The position numbers and the translations under genes are program-made. 64,000 bases of DNA from Octopus bimaculoides (Eukaryota): NCBI RefSeq assembly GCF_001194135.2, contig NC_068997.1, positions 11,487,231 to 11,551,230 on the forward strand. Direction: 5' to 3'. The notes under the pieces are model-generated. The model ran no database searches. It was not told the DNA's origin and saw only the letters and a program-made list of their open reading frames with translations. Positions 1 through 13,275 of this stretch are shown one piece after another (position 1 is the first letter of the stretch; the number at the start of each line of letters is the position of its first letter).

Positions 1-34
<34 letters not shown>

Positions 35-66
35 TGTATGCATACATTTGTGTATGTATGCTTGCG

Positions 67-216
67 TTTGTCGCCTCCTCCCCACCATCATTTGACAGCG
101 ATGCTGTTTATGTCCTCGTAACTTAATGGTTTGGTTCGGCAAAAAGAAAAAAAAGAACATAGAATAAGTACTAGGCTCACAAAGAATAAGTCGTTGGGGT
201 CGATTTCTTCGACTAA
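67..216 (+). mobile_element. SINE family C, 3' half, directly following a (TATG)n tract
   Basis: Matches the reverse complement of the 3' half of the complete copy at 40851-41358 (ccaccatcatttgacagcg...ggttcggcaaaa...tagaataagtactaggct...ggggtcgattt). Confidence 0.75.
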
Positions 217-1470
217 CACCTTTTAATACTCTTTTCATGAAAGAATTGCATCTGCACGATATATTTGTTTGTCCGGTAAAATTTTGATCTGCGTCACCAG
301 ATCTGTGTTCAAACGTATTTTAGCTGTAACCATCTTGTCTCTATCCATGTGTAGTGATCAAATGACCTCATTACTTAACGTGTCTTTTTGTTTAAGACAG
401 TTGTGATTTTATGGGAATTAGGCGATTATTTCAAGCATTTCGATCGAACATTTTGAGCTTCATTCATTAGTTCGATAATCTTTAGAGGGTGGCTGTCATG
501 ATGTCATATAAAAGAGCTAAACAACTTCATTACTTCAAATGTGTTTCTACAGATCGTAGTGGACTTAATTTCTTGCTCATCACTCTCGGATTTTATTTTC
601 GATATGCCAAATATGATAGTTCTTTATATAACATTTCAGTCCAACTGCTGTGATCTTTTTATCACTTTCTGCTTCTGATCTGCATGTTTAAGACGCTAAA
701 TTTTCAGTGAAATTTATCATAGTTGAACTAAACGAAATCTTCATTTTAAAAGCACACTTATGTACTTTTAAATTTCACAAGGTGTCTCATTTTGCTAAAT
801 CCATTATAGCCGCTGCAAATTGCACTTTATTTGTCTTATTGATTTTACTACATAATTAACTACAACGGCAGGTTTAAACCATTTTTCTGCTATTTCAACT
901 GAAAGGATTACTTCTCATTCTCGTCCTAGGTTACCTTACATTCGTTATTATTTGTTGCTGTTGTTATTTCTATTCCTTATCTCCTTAGAGCTGTATCAAC
1001 ACTTGTAGTTTCTCTTATGTTTCACAAATTTCTTCTACTAAATCAATATCAAAACTCGTTTCCATTCTACCTTCTTTAACACGTTCTTTCAAAGCTTATA
1101 TATCTATTCAACAAAGATGTTCCAAAAACTTGGTGAGGAAAACAAGATCCCTGCTATTATACTAACTAATGTTTGAGCCAGTTACTTGATGAATATTCAA
1201 ACAAAAAATATATACACTTGTTTTTACTTTCATATAATGACTAAATAACATATAAAACAAAATGGCTGATATCAAATTTCCTTGCATGACTGATATATCT
1301 CCCAATTCCGATTTCATTGAAAGGTTGTAATAAAACGAAGTTGGGTTTTACATATAACTGGGGTGCTAACTATATTTTCTGTTAGGGTATTATTGCTGCA
1401 AATCTTTTCACCTTAGTCCTTCACACAATACAAACCGGTTTCTACTTCACCATCAATCATTTTATTGCAG

Positions 1471-1652
1471 GTTTCATTCGCTTAAATAAATCATATTTCA
1501 AACCCTTACTCGAGTGTCAAAAACTGAAGCAGTATTGCAAAAAACATTGGGGGGAAATGGTGAAATAGCTTGCAAACAATTCGTCCACACACTACGACAC
1601 GCACGCGCACACATAAACACACAGTCACAAAACACATATATACATATGCATG

Positions 1653-1690
<38 letters not shown>

Positions 1691-1752
1691 NNNNNNNNNN
1701 NNNNNNNNNNNNNNNNNNNNNNNNNNNNNNNNNNNNNNNNNNNNTGATAATG

Positions 1753-1823
<71 letters not shown>

Positions 1824-3090
1824 CTTAGACAAATACGTATAATTAGATTTGTGTGTGAATATGTGTATGCTTGTGTGAGTGTGTAATTGTGTGTCTGTGT
1901 TGGTTTATCTGTAGGTATTCATAAGTGTACAATGTGTGTGTAGGGTACATAGTCACCAGCACATTTTATATGTATTTCATGCATAAATACAAATTCAATT
2001 AAAACAAAAATAAAACGCCAAACAAATATAGATGCGCACTGCGATTACACTGAATGCTGTGGGCCAATTCGCCTTCAATATTTCACTTCACACCATTGGC
2101 ACTGTATATAGAAATTAATTGAAGTATCACATAAAATTACATTTATCAGAAACAGAAATCGATGGATGCCATGTAGAGAAGTTATTGGATCTGTATAAAT
2201 CAGAAAGGATTCCTATTAATTTAATGTTGGAAGACGTAAATATTCATTCGGCAAACTTTATTTGGGAGAATATCGCAATACCATTCAACTTTTAGAACGA
2301 ACATTATTTTAAACAACTATTGTACCGTGATACTGTACAATTGCCTCTCCCCCACCTATTCACAAAAGATGCTGAGATTCTAGGAAAGTTTGGTGATTAT
2401 AATGATTTAGATCAATACTATTGTAGCCGTAAAGTGATCCGAGATATAATCTCATCTAAATAAATTATAAAATCACAGGATGCTATTTAATAATGCATTA
2501 ATATTATCGTTATATTATTGTAAAATTAATGCTTTGTGATCATACCTTTCTAATTATGTTATCGCTATTGTCTATTATTTTTACTGTCGATGCTATGTCG
2601 TTCAGACATGGTCCACGTATGTATTTTTCCTTTATTTTAAGACAATAGTATACAATTTGAGCAAAACATAGGCAATGTTACCTGGCTGACTCACAACATC
2701 TACGTTTTGACTATCTATGTGTTAAGCTATAATCTCAGCATATATTTTGAATCCGCGACTTCAGAAATGGAAATACGAAGCACTACAATTTTATTCGAAT
2801 GGCCGATATATTCAAATTAATACACAAAGTTCAAAAATAGATTAAATAGAAATTAAGATCCAAGAAAGATTGTATTATGCTAATTAACATACATGATGTT
2901 TTCTCACTTAAATTAATTTGCTCTTTCCAAAGTCACATTAAATGTTACATAATTGATGCTGTTCAACACATCTAAATATGGAATGCAAAATTGTATTATA
3001 ACACTAAGGTTTATGCAGAGGTGGTATAATGTCCACTGTGATACATCCGTGGCGTGGCGGTTGCAAGTTGAAAATAGTATATTCCCATGG
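1471..3090 (+). pseudogene. Possible decayed C-type-lectin-domain-like exons (three segments)
   Basis: Manual translation: 1471-1568 GFIRLNKSYFKPLLECQKLKQYCKKHWGEMVK*; 2113-2297 ...HVEKLLDLYKSERIPINLMLEDVNIHSANFIWEN; 2977-3067 YGMQNC-x9-WYNVHC-x7-(+1 nt)-CK. Motif resemblance only; the splice phases do not join cleanly. Confidence 0.25.
1745..1821. repeat. (AAT)n microsatellite beside a gap
   Basis: Direct reading. Confidence 0.95.
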
Positions 3091-6000
3091 CACACGTGCG
3101 ATCTAGAGTGATAAGATTCGATGGTAGAAATTTAGTGTATATCTTATACGCCAAATTTCAGCATACTTGTGCAATATATATATANNNNNNNNNNNNNNNN
3201 NNNNNNNNNNNNNNNNNNNNNNNNNNNNNNNNNNNNNNNNNNNNNNNNNNNNNNNNNNNNNNNNNGCAGTTGATAGTATAAGCATGTACTGAATAAGAAC
3301 TGAGATAATGTTAAATAAGTATATATATATACAACGCACACGCGCACACACATACATATATATAGCTGACATATATCTAAAAGCAATAATAAAGCTATTG
3401 AAGAAATAATTTTCGTAAAACTATTAATGTGGTAATGAAATACCGTCAGAAAAACTATATGAAAAAAGTTGTTTTACAAGAAAAAATCTGCACACCATTT
3501 ATGAGTTGCTTCTCATTGACTTGGATCCGATTGTTTAAGATGTCCATTGAACTGACAGTGAATATTTAGTTTCAATTATCTTTCCATTTTTAAAGCTTCA
3601 TTTCGAGAAAAAGAATATTTTGCACGTTATTCTCCACAATGTCCGAGTTAAGAGAATAGAATCAATGCATCAATTAACGAAATGTTAAACCTATGGATTC
3701 TGTCATCTCCAACTATTTATTGAAATCAGCCTCAACGTAAATAAGTTTAAAAATTACTTGATAACTAAAAGTGAAAAAATATATTAGTTAGTTAATTAAA
3801 ATGTATTGAGAGTTTTATAGAATATAAGGCAATATTCTGATGTAAAACTAATAGTTTTTGTGTGACGGAAATAATTTCCGAATATTAGTTACAATAATGT
3901 TACGCTATAGTGTTAAAAGCTCAAAGATTATTACTTAAATCCCGTATATTTATGCATTTGATGTTGCTTTCCCGATAATTTAAATAAATCCTGATTCAGA
4001 TAGCTATAAATTATAAATAGAGTTAGACAATGCCATATCCAATCCGATATCGAAATCAAAATTAAGTACGGGATACTTTGTTTCAGTTGATGGCTAGTCA
4101 GAAAAGAATGGCTGCCTTCTCGCTTCATAAATTATTCTTGCAGACGTTTAGTGAGGGGAAATATTATATTAAGAGGAACTTAACAGTTTGGTTCGAAAGA
4201 CTGCAGAATATTGTTCTTTTCTAAAGATCACTCAAGGACCAGGTTTCGGTATTGAGTTCATCACGCAAAACGTTATCGGTTAAAAGTAACAAATTGACAA
4301 TTCACTTATGTAGCCGTCTGCCTTACATTAAACGCATTGAACGAATATTGACTATTGAACCCAAATTCAATATACTTTTCACTTTCATCGTAAAGTAATG
4401 TAAATAATTAAAAACATCTAGTGGGAATGTTCAGCCGCTCCATCATAGGAAGTAATGATAATATATCAGGTAAGCTACTTCTTGTGAGACTGCATAATAT
4501 GTTGATTAAATAATTTGGAGTAATGCATTGAATGTTATTGACTCAAGTTTATTTCTCTGTCAAAAACATTTTGTTTTGTGACTAAAAACAAAAGAAACAA
4601 ATAATGGAACTGACATTTTGAAAATGAACGTAGGATGAGAGCGTAGCGATTTCGCTGCGCAACGCTCCTCAAAATGTTGTAATGGCTGCTCAGTTGTTGT
4701 AATTGTTAAACAACATGAAATGTATTAATTGTTTCAGTTAAAAGGTACTGAAGCGTAAGAAAATCGATTTAGAACTCACTTTGAACATCTCACATATAAT
4801 TAATTAAAGGTTGTTGCCAACTATGTAATCTATAGACAATGATAGACCACTAAAACATGCTGAAACTACAAAATTACAGACATTTCTTTACTGAGTTTTC
4901 TGGAGAATTAAAACTTTGCAATATCTTCAGTCAAGAGAATAGGCACTTTCGAAATAAACTTAAAAATAAACTCAATTTTCTCAATAGTTAAAGTGTAAGG
5001 AAAATCATTAATCGTAATTAAGAAAGTTCTAATGAGATTCTTATGTAAGATTCATTTTAAGTGAAGCATATAAAACGAAAATAACTTCTTTGATATCGGA
5101 GGTAATGGAAGTAGTTCAGAGGCAAATACAACAAAAACGTTCGATTTTTCACTGAGTGAATAATTTGACCAGAGCAATGACATTGGTATAAAGTAGATTA
5201 TATGTCATGTAACTTCTGTTGTTGTAAGGACACGTATTGGAATTATTGGACCTGTTTAATCTGAAAGGATTCCTATCAATTTAATGTTGAAAGTCGCAAT
5301 CATATTCAAAATATTCACAGGGTGGTAGAGAATTAAACATATATTGAAGTAAAGAAAAACAAAATCTGTGCGATACAAATCACAGCCTCGTCGGAAAATT
5401 GGCCGTCACCCTATTTAACTGAGTGTAAGGTTATTATAACAACATAATGTGAGTACTATGTAGAAACAACTATTGTCTGGTATTACAATGGCTTAGTTAT
5501 AGACGTACGAATTCATTGTACAAGTCCTAATAACATTAGCGCAAAGATTGCTGGCAGTAAAATGTAGAACTTCGGAATCTTTACTTTTCTACATTTATCA
5601 TACCAGCCTATTTTCTGAGATCAAAACTATTGAATGACACTTTCAGTATCCGAGCCTTTAAACTATTTATCGGAACCATTCTGAGGTCAATGTTTAAGTC
5701 GGTACTTGCATATTTCAAACATTAGCATTGTTTCAAAGCATGACATCCACTGAATAACTTATATATGATGTAACAGCTTTGTATTGTCCCCACTGATGCT
5801 TGCTTTATCCATCTTATATTTAAATATCTAGCCTTATGTACAAGGAAGAATTTAATATATAACAATGATGTATGATGTGCTTCACTGTAAGAGCTAGGAA
5901 TGTTAAATGTAAACTAACGGTAGCGTCAGACATTGACTTAGACAACAATATTTCATTAGTAATATTTACTATCGGAATCCACTTGATTAACACATATTAA

Positions 6001-6749
6001 TATATAACGTTCTAATGTTTAATGCAAGTTATCAATAAAATAGGTAATATGGTCCGGAAATTGAATATACCGTTCACATGACGGTGAAATGTTTCGTGTC
6101 ATTTAAGATCAGCAAATATGCCTAATTTGATTAATATCTCATAAATTCCCAGAACTTAACAGTCAATAACTTGGATCCATGTACATTTATTGAATTAATT
6201 AATGAATGAATGTCAGCTCTTTAGCTTTTGTTGCCAGAGTATTTATCGATATATACATTTATCCTTCGCAAAAAACATTATACGATGTAGTCTAAGTAAT
6301 GGCGCACCAGTTCAGTATATATTCTTGACAGACTATATTTTTAATTGTGTGTATGTAAACATATTTCACACTCGTACGTACTTCAAATGTTAAAGCCAAC
6401 AACAAACCTCGATGAATTATAGCACGCTTTTCTTCAACTGTTTCATAGCATGATTCTTTATAATGGATCTCATAAGATCATAGAATGACAAATTTCCTTC
6501 AATCTTTCTATAATCATGTGTATTCAGGTTCTTTCGCACTATCCAGCAATATGTATAGAACACATTGGACGCATTCTTTCAATACACTAGGAAATGCATT
6601 ATTATAACACAACACTGCTTTCTAGTAACTGGTACATATAATGGGACATCACTCTTGAGTGAACAGAGTGATATCTGCAATATCCGCTAATGTAGTGCGA
6701 CGTATGTTTGGCTAATTTACGTGCCGACCTTGTTAAGCAATTTTTAACA

Positions 6750-6850
6750 TCATTATTATTGTTGTTGTTGTTGCTGCTGCTGCTGTTGTTGTCGCTGCTA
6801 CTATTGCTGCCTGCACTGCCGCTTCTTGTGTTGTTGTAGTAGTAGTAGTG

Positions 6851-6908
<58 letters not shown>

Positions 6909-7012
6909 NNNNNNNNNNNNNNNNGGAGGAGGAGGAGGAGGAGGAGGACCAGGAGGAGGACCAGGAGGACCAGGAGGAGGATGAGGAGGTGGTGGAGTTG
7001 GAGAAGGAGCAA
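6750..7012. repeat. Compound trinucleotide tract (GTT/GCT)n-(GTA)n-gap-(GGA)n
   Basis: Direct reading. Confidence 0.9.
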
Positions 7013-8916
7013 CAGTGGTAGCTTCTTGCTGTTTAATTGCGATTGATACATTGCGTACTCTTATATTACACTATACAGTGCCTTAAGTATGTGCAGTATT
7101 TTGTTTTGGTGCTTTCTGCCCCATCCAATGTGATAAACCCTTTGCGCTCAAATCCTGCCGACCTCAACTTTATTCCTTCTGGGTCACCCGTTCCCGATGA
7201 CAGGTTGCTGCATCTGTAACAACCTGGAATTGAACGCCCAACGGAATATTTCCCTGCGCTTTTCATTCTGAGTTTACGTATCACCAATAGCATGCTTTGG
7301 TGGTAGATTTAACACGTTGCACAGTTTGGTGCTGCCATGTGGCACGTTGAAAGCCTTTAGGAGAAGACGAAACCCGAATAAAAAAAATAATAATAGTAAG
7401 TCCAGCATACATAGTACGAAATGATACTCACAAACGGAATAAGCAAAATGTAATTTAACCAGCCGTAGTATCATTAAGAAAATGCATGGTTTAAGTAGCC
7501 TATAGTCACATATTACAAGAATATATGTGATCTAGTCTTCAATTGCAATAGAATATTCCGATAACATCAGGAAGTAAAATTGAAATTGCCCACTTCAAAG
7601 TAATGAAGGAAATAATGTTTAAACATTCGTATTTGACATCAATCTCATTAATAGATTAGCTATTAATTTATTAAAGTTAAGATATGAGATGGATACATAT
7701 TGCACATGACCAAAATTACCCCCAAAGCGACGGAACGAATCACATTTTATTACAGGATATATGATGAATTAGAAAAAGAAGATGAATGAACAAAAACGAT
7801 TATAGCTTTCATGCCAAATGGAGATCGAAGATTTATTGTATAATGGATAGAGTTTTACTAGAAGCAATGAAATTTAAGAAGAAAACATGGATTACTTATT
7901 CGCATATAACAGATTCGTGACAATAATATATATATATATATATATACCAAAATGCATTTCCTTTATGACTTGTTGTACGACTGTCTAATATTGTGCTGCA
8001 CGGAAAACGAAAAGTTGTTATATTGTCATATATGATGAAACCATTAGACGTCAGAGGTACAAAATATACACTTAGCTTCGAAAACACATTAAAGGAATCG
8101 CGTAAAATAATTTGTGGAAATGTTAAATACATATAATCTGCGACATGTATGTTGAACTGACAGATAATAGCAGATGTTTCGGAAAATATATCAAAAAAGG
8201 ATAATAATAATCATGGTTTTATTTCGGTGCCAATGCATACACATATACTCCATCACGTGCTTGAGTGTATAAACGCGTATATATTTGTGTATGTGCACGT
8301 GTCTACTCTTGTAATTATGTGAGTGTTCGTGAGTATCCGTTTGGCTGAGAATTCCCAGTGAGTAGTAGAGGCTACGTCAGCAAATTGTCTCTTCATTCTT
8401 ATTGTCAACCTCTTAATTTTGTAAATCCTTTGGAGAACAGCGATTAACCTACCGTAGAAATTCCTTCTTCTGTGTAGAAGGAAAATCTTTCTTCGTGTTT
8501 AGATGAAGACATTGTTATAGGAACAGATAGGAAAAGTTAAGGAAATTGCGTTTAAATCGTTCTTGCGCATGCGTGGGATAATATGATCGGAGAGTGAGGA
8601 CAGGCTGGAGAGAGATAACGAAGAGAGCTTGAGAGAAAGAGAGAGAGTGAAATAAAAGACAATGAGTGAATAAATACAAAAAGCATTGAGAGATGCAAAG
8701 CAAGAAGGAATGAAAAGAAAATGATATTTTCAAGGAGTGGTTATTTACGGTGGCCATAAAAGTCAGCGGGTAAATAGTTTGTCAAGAACATTAGTGATAT
8801 ACTAACCAGAAACACATACGAAATGTGGTTAGAAAATATTCATATATGGGCCAACACATAACCATACAATCACACACACATACATGCATGCATAAATACA
8901 TACGCACATACATACA

Positions 8917-8950
<34 letters not shown>

Positions 8951-9974
8951 CATACATGCATATATACATATGGACTACTGCTTCGAAACCTCCAGCTACT
9001 ATATCCAGACTATGAATTCATATTCATACCAATAGTAATTGAAGCACTAGATTTTGTTAGTAAATGCTTAAAGGAGAATCTAGATAAACAGGGATTTTGA
9101 GAAAGAGAAACTGACCGGTTGATTCGTACATTAAAAGTCCAATCTTTGAGTGGAGCAGTAAGAATATGCAAGACTTTTCTCAAGTTCAAAATGTGAATTT
9201 GTTCATGTTAACTACATTCCAAACAAGTATTAGCTATCTACACTAACCAACAATTACATATGAAAAATTATCATATGGTGTGATAGAAGACGTGATGCTA
9301 TTATCCACGATGGACCGCATAGATAAACAACAAAGAAGCGAAATTTGCAGCAGTTATTGTATTTACTCTCTCCAGACATATATTGACTGATTTACGGAAA
9401 ATATCGGGCAGCTAGTCACTATCTCTATAAATAACAAATTCTTAAACCATCCGATGCAGCTTTATGGACCCCTGCGAAACATACTCTGTAGTGACTGAAT
9501 ATCAGAGGCAAGAAACGTAAGTATTTAGGATTTTACCGAACAACAACTCACCAACAAAGATGTCTGTAAAGAAGCGCAACAGCGTCATCGAACCATGCTC
9601 ACGATAGCGCTAAAGTATCAGAAGATATTTTACGCTTATGCTCACTCATGAGCCGCTGATGAGAGAAAGAGTAAATTTCAAAAACCCCTTTCTAGCCGAT
9701 AATTTAAGTTGAGTAATATACCTGATATCAAAACGTAGTTTGAATTCTTCACGGCATTCTAACGGGAGTGAAGTTTAGCTAGGACAACAATTCCTATTTC
9801 ACAGTGGAGCTAAGGAAGTTTTCTCTCCCAGACCTTCTGACCATAAGATTCACACAAATATTTGTAAACAATGGAGTCATAATTGAGTAAATCAACGCAT
9901 TCATATCATGCTGATTCATTCTACGTAGGTAGGAAATGGTGATCTCAACATATTTACGATTTGAAATTAGAATC

Positions 9975-9978
<4 letters not shown>

Positions 9979-10066
<88 letters not shown>
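9979..10066. repeat. (AG)n microsatellite
   Basis: Direct reading. Confidence 0.95.
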
Positions 10067-10072
<6 letters not shown>

Positions 10073-10325
10073 AGAGACAGACACACAGACAGACAGCGGG
10101 AGAGTAGTGAACTAGTGGTGAATACTAATACAGCGTTCATAGTTCATAAGGTCATACGATATATAACGCTAAATTATAGTTATCTTTATCTATTTACAGA
10201 AAAATCCTATTTCAAACATAATTATTTTCTTTTAGAGAGAATACACTTATGTCTCACAATGCTGTCATATATGTATGTCTGTATATATGTATGTATGCAT
10301 GTATGTATGTATATATCTATATATA

Positions 10326-10368
<43 letters not shown>

Positions 10369-10687
10369 NNNNNNNNNNNNNNNNNNNNNNNNNNNNNNNN
10401 NNNNNNNNNNNNNNNNNNNNNNNNNNNNNNNNNNNNNNNNNNNNNNNNNNNNNNNNNNNNNNNNNNNNNNNNNNNNNNNNNNNNNNNNNNNNNNNNNNNN
10501 NNNNNNNNNNNNNNNNNNNNNNNNNNNNNNNNNNNNNNNNNNNNNNNNNNNNNNNNNNNNNNNNNNNNNNNNNNNNNNNNNNNNNNNNNNNNNNNNNNNN
10601 NNNNNNNNNNNNNNNNNNNNNNNNNNNNNNNNNNNNNNNNNNNNNNNNNNNNNNNNNNNNNNNNNNNNNNNNNNNNNNNNNNNNNNN

Positions 10688-10726
<39 letters not shown>

Positions 10727-12391
10727 CGTGTGTGTGTGTGTGTGTTTGCATTGCGTACATACACATATGTAAGTACGTATGTAAGTATGTGTACACGCGC
10801 GTGAGTGTATGTATACGTCTGTGCGTGTGTGTGTGTGTGTGCGTGTGTGTGTGTGTGTATGCGTGTGCTTGCATGCGTATGTGTGCGTCTGTGTCTGTGT
10901 CTGCCTACATGAAGTGATTACATTCAGCGCCGAAATTTTCAATATAATCGCATTACTTTGCAAAATATCTTTGTAACAAATGTCAAAAGTTGATCGTTCA
11001 GTTCTGTAATACTATTCCAAGATAAACATCGTTTTATTCAAACTGAAATTGTTATTACTGTAATTACCGCAAATGACAACACCAAAACGTGTTAAGATTT
11101 TCATATTAAGTCTATTATGATGTTGGAATATATGTTACTTTTGCATTAAACAGAACCGAATTTCTTTCCACAAACGTTAAATCAGAAAATAAAAAAAATT
11201 CCAAGTACCATTTATTCATTGTTAAATTTACAACATTTAATATGTTTTTGAAGTATTTGTGCTAGAGACAAGTGTTTAAGACGCGTATTACGTGGAAATT
11301 GTATTGTTATATAATAGAGATAATACAAGCAATAGGTAGTAAAGAACTACGATTATAACTTATCTTTAGATTGCAATTTCAAATAATAATCTCCCATGAT
11401 CATGACACGCACTCATTGACCATTGACGAAACACTTTCTGTGTTGAATAAGACTCGGAGGAATTCCTGCTTTATCATTATTATTATTTTCTCACTAGAAA
11501 ATAGGATATAATATCGGGCACAGATAACTTCGAGCTTCTAGCCATGCAACGACCCTAAATACGATATAAGTTAATACATATGTCATTACGATTGTTATTC
11601 TTTGTCAAGAATGAAAGAAATCATTGAGAATGCACTATACATATATACATTACTAAGTTATTTGTATTAAAGAAATATCACGTCTAATATACGACATCGG
11701 GCATTTGACAAACTACTGTGTTTATATATTTTATTAACTGCGCAATTATTTAGTAACATTCCTTCAATTATCGAAAAGTGTATATTTTACATTTAGGGTT
11801 CGATAGTAGAAACATTTAGTGCTATGAACATTCAGCTGTCAAATATAGTCAAGAAAAGTAAACCCTCGCTCATGCCTTAGAGAGAACTGATAATTACGAT
11901 GCATTTAGGATAAATATGAAATGAAGTAGCTAAGATAAATGGAATGAAATTATAAGATTATAGCATTAGAATAGAAACAGCTTGTTGGCTTCACGTATTA
12001 TATTATGAAATACAACGGTCATCTGCATTTATTTTCCATATTTTATTATAACATGTTACTCGAAATTTGATTTATATTTGCTATAACGTAATTTGGCACC
12101 TTTTAAAGTTTGCCTAACAAATTTTTTCAGACGATTTAACAATTTCAACGAATGTTTCAGTACTCAGTGCCCTCCATTTTACTAATGCCTTTCTTGTCCT
12201 CTGCTCGCCTATGTTTCTTAAAATAATGCTAACAATATGCTTTATTAGAAACAGTATAAGTTTGAAACAAATCTTATTTCTGTACGTAGTATATACATAC
12301 ATACATACATACATACATGCATACATACATACATACATAGCACACACACACACACACACACACTCATACACATACACACACACACACACAG

Positions 12392-12422
<31 letters not shown>

Positions 12423-12814
12423 TATATATATACATATATANNNNNNNNNNNNNNNNNNNNNNNNNNNNNNNNNNNNNNNNNNNNNNNNNNNNNNNNNNNN
12501 NNNNNNNNNNNNNNNNNNNNNNNNNNNNNNNNNNNNNNNNNNNNNNNNNNNNNNNNNNNNNNNNNNNNNNNNNNNNNNNNNNNNTATATATATACACTCT
12601 GCGATGGGTAAATTGTCCTCATTTTATCATTTTTATTTCGCGCATGCGCATTGTCTACTTTTTGATTTTGTCAACTACACAGTATAATAGGGTGGTTGGA
12701 TGCTATCTGTGAGAAAAACACCACGTTGAGGCAATTTATTCTGCCAGAAATTTGAAAACAACATTTCAGAATCTTGGATGTCAATCTGTGTTCCAAAAAC
12801 ATGTACTGAGATTG

Positions 12815-13275
12815 ATGAAAATCAAACATCCAGTAAACATCATGGTGTTTGGTGTGATCACTAGTGATAGCGACGTTATGCCTCCATTCATCTTCCTACA
12901 TGGTCTCACACTCAGCAAGGAGGCTTACATCAAGTGCCTGGAGGACGGAGTGCTGGCCTCGATCACGAGGGTGGCTGCTGGAAGACTCTATTTCTGGCAA
13001 CACGGCTCTGCAGCAAGCCACACATGGAGAAGAATCTAGACATGGCTTTCAGACAATTTCTGCAACCACAACACCCCTTATATTTGGCTACCCAACTCAC
13101 CAAACTGCAAACCCCTTGATTATTATGTATGGGGCGTAGGTGAGCGAGAAACAAAAAAAAATCCTTGAGACGAAAGCAAGGATTATGGCAGCATTCACCA
13201 ACTTAAACAAGGAGACCATCTAGAAGAATTGAAGAATATTCCAAAATCGTCTGGAGGCCGTGGTTCAATCCAATT
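12815..13275 (+). mobile_element. IS630-Tc1-mariner transposase remnant, DD37D (maT-like) catalytic region
   Basis: One frame reads KHPVNIMVFGVITSDSDVMPPFIF...WQH[G]SAASHTWRRI*TWLSDNFCNHNTPYIWLPNSPNCKPL[D]YYVWG. There are exactly 37 residues between the second catalytic position (D mutated to G) and the final D. One internal stop; no TIRs found. Confidence 0.85.

Noticed and set aside
500-900. Possible Tc1 N-terminal remnant on the minus strand (KITAVGL, KSTTICR)
   Set aside because: Fragments are too short, in different frames, and have no TIR.
6602-7051. 149-aa minus-strand ORF with N/S-rich segment
   Set aside because: It spans an N-gap and is mostly trinucleotide repeat; no domain or convincing splice sites.
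9451-9480. Hammerhead-like ccgat-gcag...ctgc-gaaac
   Set aside because: The core lacks CUGANGA, there is no stem III/NUH, and the only stem I candidate (agtcacta/tagtgact) is not adjacent.
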